From Eledone cirrhosa (lineage: Eukaryota), in NCBI GenBank assembly GCA_964016885.1, contig OZ024742.1, positions 79,732,001-79,796,000 of the forward strand: 64,000 bases of DNA, given 5' to 3'. Shown here one piece after another: positions 27,265-40,905 of the stretch; the first letter of the stretch is position 1; every line of letters starts with the position of its first letter. The notes beneath the pieces are model-generated. The model made no database searches and was not told where the DNA came from. It was given only the letters and a program-made list of their open reading frames with translations. A program made the position numbers and the translations under genes.

Positions 27265-28920
27265 ACAGTCTCCTCAGTTGCAGCCTGATCTTGCAACACA
27301 CCAAGGTGTGGTCTGTGTCACAGTCTGCACTCTGGTCGGAGTGTGTGTGGACAATATTCTTGATAGCAGTACGTCTGACCAGAATCAGGTCAAGCTGGTG
27401 GTAGTGCTTTGAGTGTGTATGTCTCCAGGAAACCTTTTGTGGCGTCTTGGTGCGGTAGTAAGAGTTGGTGATGCACAGGTTGTGATAAGTGTACAGTTCG
27501 AGAAGGTGATGTTCCTTGTCATTCATTTTTCCCACACCAGACTGTCCAAGGCAGGAGGGCGATGAGTCATGATATGCACCCAATCTGGCATTGAAATCCC
27601 CAAGGAGAATGAGTTGTCCCTGTTGGAGATGTTGCTGATAGTGAATGCAAGGTTCTTATAGAACCTATCCTTTGTGTCTGATGTGGAGGAGAGCATGGGG
27701 CATACAAGCTGACAAGGGTGACGGGACCTGCTCGGTGATATTGAGGCGGAGAGTCAGAAGTCTCTCTGAGCCATTATTCCCTGGTTCTACCATACTCAAC
27801 AGGCTGATCTTCACTGTGAAGCCTACTCCATCCTCTCTGAGCTCATATGAGCCCTTTTCTGCCAGTAGCAGGTGTAGTCTTTTTCTTTCAGTGTACCCGA
27901 GTCAGCCAGTCGCGTCAGCTCGATGTTAATCACATCTGTTTTTCTGCAGTCACTGATGTTCAGTATGTTATTAGAAAGGCCAGTCATCATTGTCTGGACA
28001 TTCCAAGTTCCCAGTTTTAGAGCTGGTCTCTTTTGTTGCTTGGTTGTTTTACCAGGTGCAAACGTTGCAGTCTGCTGTTCTGATGAATCCTAATCCTCAT
28101 GCGCCAAATGAGGAAAGCAAACTGTGACGGGACAACACCTTCCTGGCTGGGGGCATCCCAGCTTGAGGCGGGTGATGGCTCCAGTGAGATCTGAAAATCT
28201 CCCTCACCATCTGGAGCAACCGCTGGCGCCTTGTTTTTATGCCAAATGATTGATGGCTTATCCACGGTAACTGCTACACCCTGTCTTGACTCCAGGTGTA
28301 TGGTGCAGGTTGTGTTGATGAGTGATGCATAGAATGGAGTGGCTGGATACAAGCCTCGGCGATGGGATTTTGAGGACAGGTTGCCCCCCCCCCCCTCACG
28401 ACAACGCTGTTGGATCCAAAAGGAGCAGTGAGGCTGCTACAGTTTGGCAGCAGCGCTGTCACAGGAGTTGCCAAAACCAAGTTGTAATCAACGACGAATT
28501 GCCTTAGGGGCTCCAACTCCAGATTTTTCCATATGGTTTACTCCTGAAGCTTTCCAACTATTGGATATTACCGCCAGGCAGAGGAGGTTTGGATTCAGAT
28601 TCTTCTTTCTTCTAGATTGACTACCTGTCAAGGCTAACAACCTCCTTCTGGCCCAGTGTGGCAGGGCTGCATGGTAGGTAAACCAGAACAACCTGATCTG
28701 ACTGCAACCCACATATATACATGCTAATGGATGGCCGTTGATTATCACGAGTTCCTCCGCCCTTTGACATGTTTTGTTTTTCGTCCTGCAGTATATCCAA
28801 TAATCACCCTCCTAAACAAGCAAGCCTGGTGGGGTTGCCTATTTGGTCGCCGAAGACCCGACTATAGAACAAGTTGTACTGGGTTACATGTTACCAGTAG
28901 CACTCAGGAGTGACCTGGCA
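27265..28920 (-). mobile_element. RTE-clade LINE 5' part: 5' UTR and AP-endonuclease remnant
   Basis: Reverse strand WNVQTM (~28000), LGDFNAR (~27600), NLCITNSYY..VSWRH..HQLDLILVRR..SADCDTDH. Confidence 0.85.
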
Positions 28921-30053
28921 CACGATATGGTATATATCCGTAGGTCTTCTGCCGATGCTGCTCATGGACTGATATGACCATAAGAAAAAAGAAGAAAAAA
29001 AGCTATTTCCCCATAGATATATGTGATGCAGCTAATTGTCACCTTCATGAAATACGATAATTCAATTTGGAATGCCTCAAAGAAATCTGTTGGTCCATTA
29101 CTGTCACTAATAGCTCTCTAGGATACGGGGCCAGTATATGAAGTGTCATTCGCGCCGGCTATATACATTAATGAACAAAGGAGAGAACGCTTTACAAGAG
29201 CACGTCATACAATCATTTTGCAACGAAATATTGCAGAGAAGCTGTTACAAAACGGTAATATATATATTTATCTTTATCAAGTACCTATTTATATTATGTA
29301 TACGCTTCTAAATATCATGTATTTTAATAATTGCATTAAACATTTCGATTATTGTTGTTATAATTATCATTAAAGTATTTACTTTTTATTTTGAATTTCG
29401 TATTTACTTTTAAAATAGATGCTTTACGTTTTCCGACACTAAACCCTATCATACAATTCTCCGCCGCCTTCGTAATATTTTCTCAACAAAATGTAAAGAA
29501 TATATTGTGGAAACGATTAATTTTCATAATAATTATTATCACATGTTTAATTTTGTTTCAATTTCTTATTTATCTAATTCTTAAATTCTTAAATTCTAAA
29601 TCATTAATTCTTATTTTTCAGTTTTAATTGTGATGTTAAATTTATCATCAAACGTTTATATTGATCATTTAATTTTCAACGCGCCTTAGCACTAATTGCT
29701 AGATAGAAATGTAGAGAAACTGCCAAATATATAGATAAATAAATGTAGATGAATATAGATACACAGGATCAAAAAGAAAATCGAGCCTGGAGATTCAAAT
29801 AGACATATTCTCTAAAAACTATTATTTCTTCTATTGTTATAATTGTTTCTACTTTTTGGCACAAGGCTTCTATTGTTATAATACAATCAATATACACATA
29901 TGGATTTCAATCAAAGCATGGATGATGAGAGATGACGAAGCATGTAAATATAAAGTAACTAAATAACAGTCCAGCAATTAAATAATTGTATTTGACTCTA
30001 TATTTCTCTGTTGACTTCTCTTTTGATTTATTTTATATCACATATGCACAAGC

Positions 30054-30219
<166 letters not shown>

Positions 30220-30569
30220 CTACACGCACATACAACGACACTCACGCAAACAAAAGTCATTAGAATGTCGGTTAAAATTACTGCATTTGCTCCACTTCAC
30301 AGCATTTTGAGTTTGGGTTTGATAAAGAAAACACTGGAACACTGGTCTATTACTAGGGTTGATGTCTCTATCTAACTTTATTGTCCCAGTTAAACGTATA
30401 ATTCAAAGGTCCACGTTCATTTCATTGCTTTAGGCTAAATCAACCTAAATAAAACGTTATTTAAAACAGTCTCCTTTAATGTTACCGTAGCTATCTAAAC
30501 GCAAACCCTGTGTCTGCCTCTTCTTACTCTCGTTTATGTGTCTATTCATTCATCAGTCTCTCAAGCTAT

Positions 30570-30603
30570 CTTCTGATGAAAGACTAACGTCCGAAACATT
30601 AAA
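30570..30603 (+). ncRNA. Degenerate minimal hammerhead (Penelope pLTR remnant)
   Basis: CTT-CTGATGA-AAGAC/TAAC/GTCC-GAAA-CA-TT-AAA; stems I and III are imperfect. Confidence 0.45.
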
Positions 30604-32684
30604 TATGTTTTCCTATTGCATCAAATATCTATCACCACATTAATATATCGTTCTCCTGTGTTGTTTTGTCGTTTACCTTTCACAAATACATATACACATG
30701 CACATTAGGGATGCACTAATTATTAAGTTTATGTTTTTTGATGAGCAATAGCTGAGTAACAGGAATCGAAACTGTGTTGGAAGACATACCGTTTGCTCTA
30801 CCTCATTCGCCTCTTGAATACACAAAGATAAGTCATGCAAAATAGTGTAAAGTGTCAACAACTATCCTCTGGCCAAGATCGAACGATAAATATGTTGGTT
30901 AAACTGATGTAGTTTAATGTCGCAGTTATCAGGGAACTGATTCAACAACAACACAAACAAAGAGAAAGAAAACGAAACACTGCAAAGTGACAGAGCTCAG
31001 AGAAAAACATCCTGTGCTAGGAATTTAGGACCAGAATTAAGGATCTAACGTAGATAGAGGGTAAGATAAATGAAAAAATTAAGATAAAGTATATGGGAGA
31101 TATGTAACTCACAAGTAGTTAAGATCATGCAAGCTGTAAAGAGTATAGAATGTTTATAGGAATATTAGAAGATTGAGATGAATGTCAAAGCAGGACGAAA
31201 AAGAAATTAGATAGCACTTTTCTTTATTCGTTGTATACAGTTGATGTATTTGACTGAGATGTGAGAACCTTCTACTATATTTAATGCTACCTTGCCTAAG
31301 GCTGTCTTTTAACGCAAATACGTTACAGGAAACGAAACAGAAAATAGAAAAGAAGAAAAGATCAACACCAAATAAGTGAATATAAGTAATGTTTAGGCGG
31401 AAGTACGGATCGGATCGCTGGCCATTTTAGATTTAATATCATTCCTTTCATCTATCACTGCGTTACTTTGCTTCTTGTATTGAAATGGCCGATAAAATTG
31501 TGAAAAGAAGAAAAGAAGCCAGCATTTCATGTTTCAGTTTACCTATTTCTTTATTTGTTTGTCCATATTTTCTCATTTGATCATTTTTATGCGTCTATTT
31601 GATTTAATATATATTTTTTATGCTTGTTGGCAATCCTTTATTACAGATCGTGCTCTTCAATCACAAATACTCACACACATTTATAGTGTTCTTCAATTCA
31701 TACATTTCTGCACTGCCTTCGCTATCATTGATATGTAAACGTGTTACTTCTATAATCAAGACCCATACTCTTAAAATGTACAGGTTTGCCTCCATACTTC
31801 TAACATACATAAGTTAAAAACGATAACAAGATCGTAGATGCTGGAAACATTAAGCAATGTCCACAGTATTTTTCAGCTATTAGGCTATTGATTTTGTTTT
31901 TATTTTGAGCTCTACACATATCCTTGTCTTTCTCTTTCTCTATTTCTCTGCATACACACACACACTCACTCAAACACACACACACATACACACACATACA
32001 TAAACACACGCACAAACACACACATATACATACACCCACACACAAACAAGCACACATACACATGGTATATTTTCTCTTTCATTGTCTAGTTCACTCTCCT
32101 TTTTCTCTTTCACCTTAATTTTTCCTTATCTTTCTCTCTCTTTCCTCCTCTATGTTTTAGTCTCTCTTTTTCTGTTTTGATTCTGCTGTCATCATTTGTT
32201 TCTCACACCACCGATGTCATAACTAGTTGTTTTAATGACTAACTTATATCATAAAATCAAATAGCAGAAAATTTTACATGGTCAAGCTAACCCTAGATCT
32301 TAGAATCTTATATATCTGAAATACATTACAAGATTTAATGTAATGTATTTCATGTTTAAGCATGAAACGTATTGAACTGAAATACATGATGGCCAAAGAA
32401 AAAAATATAAAAAATAATTCAATAGTAAGATCTCTTAGCAAGAAGTTATGGCGCTTGACCTGTTAATGTATAAAAAATATTGGCAAGCTAATAAAAATGT
32501 AAACATATAGTTAGATATTCATTGATAAAATAAGCTTCCTCATAATATGTTTTTCAGTGTCCTTCAGCGCTTAGAAATTACTAAGTATATTCCTATAAAA
32601 ACTTTTAAACTTTATTTACAGCTATTTTTTTCGTTTCGGATTCTTTTTATTTCCCAACTTGAAAACGATAATTCAGCAACAATT

Positions 32685-33345
32685 GTTGGTGAGTTTGATT
32701 TAGTAGCAGTGGTAGCAGTTGTGGGTGATGATGTTGGTGGTGGTGTTGTTGGTGGGAGCCTTATTGTTGATAGTGGTGATGGTGCAGGTGTTGGTGTTCG
32801 TGGTGATAGTGTTGGTGATAGTGATGGTGGCATTGTTGATGGTGGTGATAGTGGTGATGATGGTGGTGGTATTAGCGGTGGTAGTTGTGGAAGTGATGAT
32901 GGCGGTGGTGGTGATAGTGTTGATGGTAGGGCTGGTATTGTTGATGTTGGTGATAGTGGTGATGGTGGTTGTAGTGTTGATGGTGGTTGTAGTGGTAGTT
33001 GTGGAGGTGATGATGGCGGCGGCGGCGGTGGCGGTGGTGGTGCTGATGGTGGCGATAGTGTTGGTGATAGGGTTGGTATTGTTGGTGGTGGTGATAGTGG
33101 TGCTAGTGATGGTGATGGTGTTGGCGATGGTGGTGATATGTTGGTGATGGTGATAGTAGTGGAAGTGGTGGTATTGGTGGTGGAGATTGTGGTGGTGGTG
33201 GTGATGGTGTTGGTGGCGATGTGTTGGTGTTGGTGGTGATGTGTTGGTGATGGTGATAGTGGTGGGAGTGGTGGCGTTGGTGGTGGAGATTGTGGTGGTA
33301 GCAATGGTGGTGAGGTGGTGATGGGGTTGGTGATGGTGGTGAGTG
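32685..33345. repeat. Cryptic (GGT/GAT)n low-complexity tract
   Basis: Degenerate trinucleotide repeats giving Gly-, Val- and Pro-rich ORFs in several frames. Confidence 0.85.
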
Positions 33346-34089
33346 TTTAGAGATGAAGAATCCTTTCATTCAATTTCTCTTTTTGTTTATATTTATAGTG
33401 AGGACAGGGATTTAGTAAAAATATGAGAAGATGTAATGTTGTTATTGTTGTTGGCATTTTTTGTATTGCTATCTTTGACCTCAGTAGACCTATGAGAATA
33501 GACATTACATCCATGACATCATGCCTTTTACACATAGAACTAGTGTAGTGGGGTGGTTATTGTCATATGGTATACTGTTGTGCTATAGGCTCTAATATGA
33601 CATATATAATACAACTAGACCACCCGTGATCCGTGACCATTGGGTCACGTTCACTTAGAAATATAAACAAAAAAAAATCATGTTCACTTAAAAATTATTT
33701 TTAAATAATTAAAATATACACAGACACATATATAATGTAAAATGAAATTGGAAGGCCTACACCTGCTACACCAATCTAATTGAGAATTATCATAATAATT
33801 TACATATGGCACGTAAATCTGTGCAAGATACCGTTATAGCCATAATCTACGTTGTCCAGAAGTTTAATAATTATTGAAATGGTTAGTACATTTTAATTCA
33901 TTTTTTCCGGATATTATGTATTTTTTATTTTTTACTTTTTTACTAGATTATATGCATTGCACCAAAGTGGCTTTCAAACCATGTAATTCAAGACATACCT
34001 CTTTGTGTGTTTATTTGTTATATATCATATACTTTTAGCTCAATAATTACAGTGTATTAACGCGAGATTTTAACCTCGTTTTCCATTTG

Positions 34090-34179
<90 letters not shown>

Positions 34180-34180
<1 letters not shown>

Positions 34181-34490
34181 CGAAGGAATTGTGATAAGGA
34201 ACCAGATGGACCATAACGCACAAGAGTACTCAATACTTAGGGTAGTAGTCCAGAAATAGCCGTCGAAACGGCTTGAGCTCTGCCGTCGGGGTCATACTCT
34301 TTCCTATATATTTATATATATATATATATATATATAGTGGTGGAACACTGGATGGTAATATACGTGGTGGTAGAGCATTCAGTCCATGGGACGAGTTAGG
34401 TAGAAGTGGTTACACAACAGTTAGTTCACCATACCGAGAACAATCGTTGTTCTAGGTATGGTGAACTAACTGTTATGTAACCACTTCTAA
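34180..34490. mobile_element. Two tiny (TA)n-flanked elements, the second ending in a 43-bp-arm hairpin
   Basis: 34180-34305 contains CGAAA-CGGC..GCCG-TC; 34401-34489 is an inverted repeat with a 3-nt loop. Confidence 0.6.
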
Positions 34491-34548
34491 ATATATATAT
34501 ATATATATATGAAATATAAGAATCAAAGAACTGTTCAAAACATTATTG

Positions 34549-34595
34549 TGCTTACAGCTGTTTCCTCCAAACCGAGGTTTGGATTCTTCGGAGCA
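34549..34595 (-). ncRNA. pLTR hammerhead (mirror of 39558-39604)
   Basis: Reverse complement of the 39558-39604 motif. Confidence 0.75.
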
Positions 34596-36029
34596 ATTTA
34601 TTAATGCATGGACAGTTATATGACCTCCTTTTCAGCCGAGAGACATACCGATACATATTCAAACATTGTGGGTCAACATTCATTACAGAATTTAGAGTGG
34701 CAGTACACACTTCGAGATTACATTTATATTAAGAGGTACAATCAAAAATCAAAATACAGGTTAAAATACAACATGAAGATAAGCGGTTATATAGTGCAAA
34801 TGTTATATGTGTGGCACGCATGTGCGTCTTGTTTATATAGTGTGGCAGAGAGATATGTGTGGTAGAGGCACTTAGGTAGGTAAACAAGAGTGTTATGTTG
34901 GTAGATCTGGTGGCAAATTCTTTATATGATTGATATAGTCTGTGTGTGGAGAAATATTATAAGCATTAAAAATAGTGCAAGCATTAAAAGTGTTAAAAGT
35001 ATTGGAGATGCACAGCGCAGGGAAGTCAAGTATTTCATGTACTTCGGCATTTTCATGGTCAGGGGAGTGTATTTATCGATTATATGCCCTTCACATAATC
35101 CAGGACAATCCAGTTAGAGATCGTAGTCTGGTGTTCTTTAGTTCAATACAGGAGGCTGTTCCGTTTCGAGAAACGCCATTGAATACCGCCCGGAAGTGTG
35201 TGTGTGGCTAAGGGGAGTTAATGCATGCGGGGAGGTAACTCTGGGGTTTCTATACCTAGCTATTAAAATGTGTCCTAATATAGACCTTAATTTCTATGGT
35301 GATGCGCATCCTCTAAGAGAAATTTTTAAAGCATAAAGTGTATTAACTATAGAGTAGTTTAATTAAGTTATGCTGAAGGTGATCATATTATTATGGTGGA
35401 TTAACCCATCGTAAGGTGCCACAAATGGAAATTATAGATGATGAGCGAGGATTCCAAATAATGATCTCTGTGGTCGTAGTCTACTCATAGGACCAGGCGC
35501 GGTGATTGCAGGATTGCTTCAGGACCCAATGATCTCTGGTAAGATCTGGGTCATCGCTTGCTACATTGGATGTCGAGAGATAATCATCCCCAGGCCGGCC
35601 AGAGGTCAATCCGCAGTCCTCGCGACCCCTCTCTGACAGTCAGATCATCCATATATGTACAACCCGCACGGCTGTTGCAATGGTTTCACTCACTGCGCTC
35701 AGCAGCCCGCTCCTACTGGTCAACAACGTTACTAGATTAAAACAGTTTTCATTTATTTTCATTTGTCTAAGGAAGGTGTTTCCTCTGCACAACACTATCC
35801 AACCGATCAATTCATGCTCAAATTACCCTTAGAGCGGTGTAGTGCCGTTCAAGTGGGTGGATGTTGTCACACCTGACGTAGAGGTATAAATGGGTATTCT
35901 CCCTGCGAAGGGTTCCGGAGGGATGTCGTTGTTTGTGTTATAATAGATCAGTTAGTGTTGGGTATGTAGTATAAGGTGTGTCTCTGGTGTTTGATGCTAG
36001 ATGTGGTGTTAGGTTCCAGTCCGACATTG

Positions 36030-36473
36030 CTATATATTGGGCTTAAAGTTTTGGAAGGAATGTCTGAAGCGGTGCTGGCAAGTTGCAAACACCTCAGATT
36101 TTTTGTTAAGTAGGTTACGGTTGGAGAAGATAATATTGTGTGTCTCTAGTATACAGAGGTTACAAAATTTATTAGGTGGTTTGTACGAGGTCGCGCTGCC
36201 TATCACTTCCCATTTGAGTGTGTATGGTTTATTTTTAGATTTTAGATAGTGTATGTAGCTAGAAAGTGAGGTGGAGTTTGCTAGGCTGTGCTTTTTGAAC
36301 GAGTGGATGTGCGAATTATATCTGATTTTGAAGCAGTTAGAAGTGGAGCCTACATAGGTTTCTGAAGAGTTGCTAGTTGTGACGGTGCATGAGTATATGA
36401 TATCCTTGGTTAGGCATTTTTTATCTAAAGGGCAGGTTCTATTAGCTCTACAGTTACAATTATCCTGTGCGTT
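36030..36473 (-). pseudogene. GIY-YIG endonuclease domain (left arm)
   Basis: Mirror of 37662-38105; frameshifted relative to the upstream RT. Confidence 0.9.
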
Positions 36474-37561
36474 AGTTATAATGCAGTGCGGAGGTCTGTG
36501 TGGTAGCTATAGGATTTTGGGTGTTCGGGTTGACAACCCTGGTGTTATTACTTATACTAATATTATTTCTATTGTTACTGCCGTTGCTATGGTTGCTTGC
36601 TACTGTGGTATTTAGAGGGTTTGCATCCCGTTGTGATTTTGTTTGTTGAAAGTAACAACTAATTTTACTATTATTGCTGCTAGCTATGTGGTATGCTAAG
36701 TTAGGCGTCGTAGAGTATGAGATTTTAATGGTGTTTTTGTTTAAGAGGTTGTGGTACTTGTGTCCTAGAGGGAAGTTTTTACCTAGTAGTGAGAAGAAAG
36801 CCCTAGGTATGTTGGTGGAGACATTTAGGTTGAAAGGAGGGTTGGAAAATGTATTATTTCTTCTTCTATTTTTGCTTTTAGTGTTTGGTGTGTTGCTTCC
36901 TCCTAAGGCCCCACAGTAGTTTCCATGGTAATGGTTACTTCCGGTGGCACCCTCCGCTTTGGTGCGCTTGTGGTTGCTATTCCTATTATTATGTTTCCTC
37001 ATGGACATGTTGTGCGAGATGATGTTGTAGCTATGTGTTTTCTTAGGTAGGAACTCAATTTCTATATTATGGCCGGAGCTAGCTAATGCTTGATTGTAAT
37101 AATGTGAGTTTTTGCTAAATATGTTTGCGTCATAGGACAGTCTAGAGATTCTATTGGACACCCCCTTAGAGATAGAGTTTAATATTGATCTAGGGTGATT
37201 AGACTTGGTATCTACGTAAATAAGTTTCTCGTTAGGCTTATGGAAAGGTGTATATATTTTTGAGTCTAGGTACAGTGTGGCGTCTAGGAAGTCAACATTT
37301 CTAGTGTTTTTGTCCACGGTGATACTAAGGTTAAAGTTTTTGAATGTCTTATGCAATTGCTTTCTAGTTCTTTCTATATTACATTTTTTATATTCTATAA
37401 GTAGAAGTGCATCATCGCGGTACAAACCACCGTTGAGGTAAGGGAGGTCCTTATGGATTTCATTGAGGAGGTATAGGCCGACCAAATCAGTGACCTGCGC
37501 CGAGTCACTAGATCCCATGGTTATGTCGAAGTTGTTGTGCGTATCCTTGCGTGTCCATAGT
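36472..37561 (-). pseudogene. 5'-truncated Penelope-like (Naiad-type) reverse transcriptase plus linker
   Basis: FDITMGSSDSAQVTDLVGLYLL, GLYRDD, VDFLD, KPN..YV..SNHP, RRRN..FSNPPF; the ORF track N-terminus (37562-37635) is an artefact of the inverted arm. Confidence 0.92.
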
Positions 37562-37661
37562 AATAGAAATAACACTAGTATAAGTAATAACACCAGGGTT
37601 GTCAACCCGAACACCCAAAATCCTATAGCTACCACACAGACCTCCGCACTGCATTATAACT

Positions 37662-38105
37662 AACGCACAGGATAATTGTAACTGTAGAGCTAATAGAACC
37701 TGCCCTTTAGATAAAAAATGCCTAACCAAGGATATCATATACTCATGCACCGTCACAACTAGCAACTCTTCAGAAACCTATGTAGGCTCCACTTCTAACT
37801 GCTTCAAAATCAGATATAATTCGCACATCCACTCGTTCAAAAAGCACAGCCTAGCAAACTCCACCTCACTTTCTAGCTACATACACTATCTAAAATCTAA
37901 AAATAAACCATACACACTCAAATGGGAAGTGATAGGCAGCGCGACCTCGTACAAACCACCTAATAAATTTTGTAACCTCTGTATACTAGAGACACACAAT
38001 ATTATCTTCTCCAACCGTAACCTACTTAACAAAAAATCTGAGGTGTTTGCAACTTGCCAGCACCGCTTCAGACATTCCTTCCAAAACTTTAAGCCCAATA
38101 TATAG
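37662..38105 (+). pseudogene. GIY-YIG endonuclease domain (right arm; absent from the ORF track)
   Basis: Manual translation: CNCRANRTCPLDKKCLTKDIIYSCTV..TYVGSTSNCFKIRYNSH..WEVI..CNLCILE..LNKKSE...CQHR; CxCx5Cx5C motif typical of Naiad. Confidence 0.9.
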
Positions 38106-39557
38106 CAATGTCGGACTGGAACCTAACACCACATCTAGCATCAAACACCAGAGACACACCTTATACTACATACCCAACACTAACTGATCTATTATAACAC
38201 AAACAACGACATCCCTCCGGAACCCTTCGCAGGGAGAATACCCATTTATACCTCTACGTCAAGTGTGACAACATCCACCCACTTGAACGGCACTACACCG
38301 CTCTAAGGGTAATTTGAGCATGAATTGATCGGTTGGATAGTGTTGTGCAGAGGAAACACCTTCCTTAGACAAATGAAAATAAATGAAAACTGTTTTAATC
38401 TAGTAACGTTGTTGACCAGTAGGAGCGGGCTGCTGAGCGCAGTGAGTGAATCCATTGCAACAGCCGTGCGGGTTGTACATATATGGATGATCTGACTGTC
38501 AGAGAGGGGTCGCGAGGACTGCGGATTGACCTCTGGCCGGCCTGGGGATGATTATCTCTCGACATCCAATGTAGCAAGCGATGACCCAGATCTTACCAGA
38601 GATCATTGGGTCCTGAAGCAATCCTGCAATCACCGCGCCTGGTCCTATGAGTAGACTACGACCACAGAGATCATTATTTGGAATCCTCGCTCATCATCTA
38701 TAATTTCCATTTGTGGCACCTTACGATGGGTTAATCCACCATAATAATATGATCACCTTCAGCATAACTTAATTAAACTACTCTATAGTTAATACACTTT
38801 ATGCTTTAAAAATTTCTCTTAGAGGATGCGCATCACCATAGAAATTAAGGTCTATATTGGGACACATTTTAATAGCTAGGTATAGAAACCCCAGAGTTAC
38901 CTCCCCGCATGCATTAACTCCCCTTAGCCACATACACACTTCCGGGCGGTATTCAATGGCGTTTCTCGAAACGGAACAGCCTTCTGTATTGAACTAAAGA
39001 ACACCAGACTACGATCTCTAACTGGATTGTCGTGGATTATGTGAAGGGCATATAATCGATAAATACACTCCCCTGACCATGAAAATGCCGAAGTACATGA
39101 AATACTTGACTTCCCTGCGCTGTGCATCTCCAATACTTTTAACACTTTTAATGCTTGCACTACTTTTAATGCTTATAATATTTCTCCACACACAGACTAT
39201 ATCAATCATATAAAGAATTTGCCACCAGATCTACCAACCTAACACTCTTGTTTACCTACCTAAGTGCCTCTACCACACATATCTCTCTGCCACACTATAT
39301 AAACAAGACGCACATGCGTGCCATACATATAACATTTGCACTATATAACCGCTTATCTTCATGTTGTATTTTAACCTGTATTTTGATTTTTGATTGTACC
39401 TCTTAATATAAATGTAATCTCGAAGTGTGTACTGCCACTCTAAATTCTGTAATGAATGTTGACCCACAATGTTTGAATATGTATCAATGTTTGAATATGT
39501 ATCGGTATGTCTCTCGGCTGAAAAGGAGGTCATATAACTGTCCATGCATTAATAAAT

Positions 39558-39604
39558 TGCTCCGAAGAATCCAAACCTCGGTTTGGAGGAAACAGCTGTA
39601 AGCA
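39558..39604 (+). ncRNA. Minimal type I hammerhead, core variant CCGAAGA
   Basis: TGCT-CCGAAGA-ATCCAAACC/TC/GGTTTGGAG-GAAA-CAGCTG-TA-AGCA; GUA site, palindromic stem III. Confidence 0.75.
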
Positions 39605-39805
39605 CAGTAATGTTTTGAACATTTCTTTGATTCTTATATTTCATATAACTGCTCTGTAAATCATCTGATGTTTTTACATTGAGCTACTTAACTTACTGGT
39701 AATAAGGTAGTTATACATTACTGCCTACCACTATTTAGGGTGTGTGTAAAATACTTATAACTGCATAAGGTTTTGTATTTACATAACCATAAATAGTATA
39801 ACTAA

Positions 39806-39925
<120 letters not shown>

Positions 39926-40740
39926 GTACGTACATACATTCATACATACCCACACATACATGCGTGTACATATATACATGTACGAATAAACACATACATA
40001 TGTATATATGTATAAATGTATGAGTGTATGTATGTGAGTATGTTTATTTTTGGGGAACGAGAGACTCCTAGTCTTCATTAAGACATCTCTCTAGGAGAAG
40101 GTCACTCTGATAAAAAACCCGTGACTTTGTTTGCATCCAATGATGTAGACCTGTTCTACTTTTTAGGTAAATACATTCAATGTCTAGAGAGTGGTATTGG
40201 CCCGTGCAAATCCTTTCCTCACTTAAAAAAGGCTTCAATCACAGGAATTGCATTATATGTCCCATGTATTTCGATGCATAGCATGGCTGGCCATAGGCAA
40301 TTCACGTCCTGGATCTCATGCTTAAGTATCAAGCAATGGCATTACTCGAAATCGAATTGCAATAATCATGTATGTATTAATATTTGTGGACTGAATGTAT
40401 TAATAGAAATCTGTCATGTATGAATGAAATGTTAGTAGTACTCGAAATGTATTCTTATCATCATGGATGTGAATTATTCTGCATAGGAATCCGTTAAAAT
40501 GTAATATGCGTGGGACATGTTTTATCTGTTGTGAAAATGAATATCAGTGTAAGAAAAAGAAAATGCTTCTAAAATGAGTCACCAGCAACACCAGTAGACT
40601 AAGATATTACATTACACAGACATACATACACACAAACGCCCTCACACTCATGTAGACACACAAATTGACATATACGCCAGAAGTGTGTGCCATCGTGTGT
40701 TTTTGCGTATGGATGTAAATATAATATATATATATATATA

Positions 40741-40836
40741 TTTATTAAAATAACAGATTAAAGTTTAAGCAAAGAATCGCTGCTTTCACCCATAATGAGA
40801 TCTTCTTTGGATTTTAGTCTTCAAATTTATTGTTAT

Positions 40837-40842
<6 letters not shown>
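40741..40842. mobile_element. Internally deleted copy of the 60456-60757 element
   Basis: Both ends match 60456-60757; ~200 bp missing at a TCT microhomology. Confidence 0.8.

Positions 40843-40902
<60 letters not shown>

Positions 40903-40905
<3 letters not shown>

Noticed and set aside
28780-28920. HDV-like ribozyme at the RTE 5' end
   Set aside because: Could not assemble the nested double pseudoknot by eye
32547-33369. 230-aa Gly-rich and Pro-rich (extensin-like) ORFs
   Set aside because: Open on both strands and in several frames because of a GGT/GAT repeat; no other gene evidence
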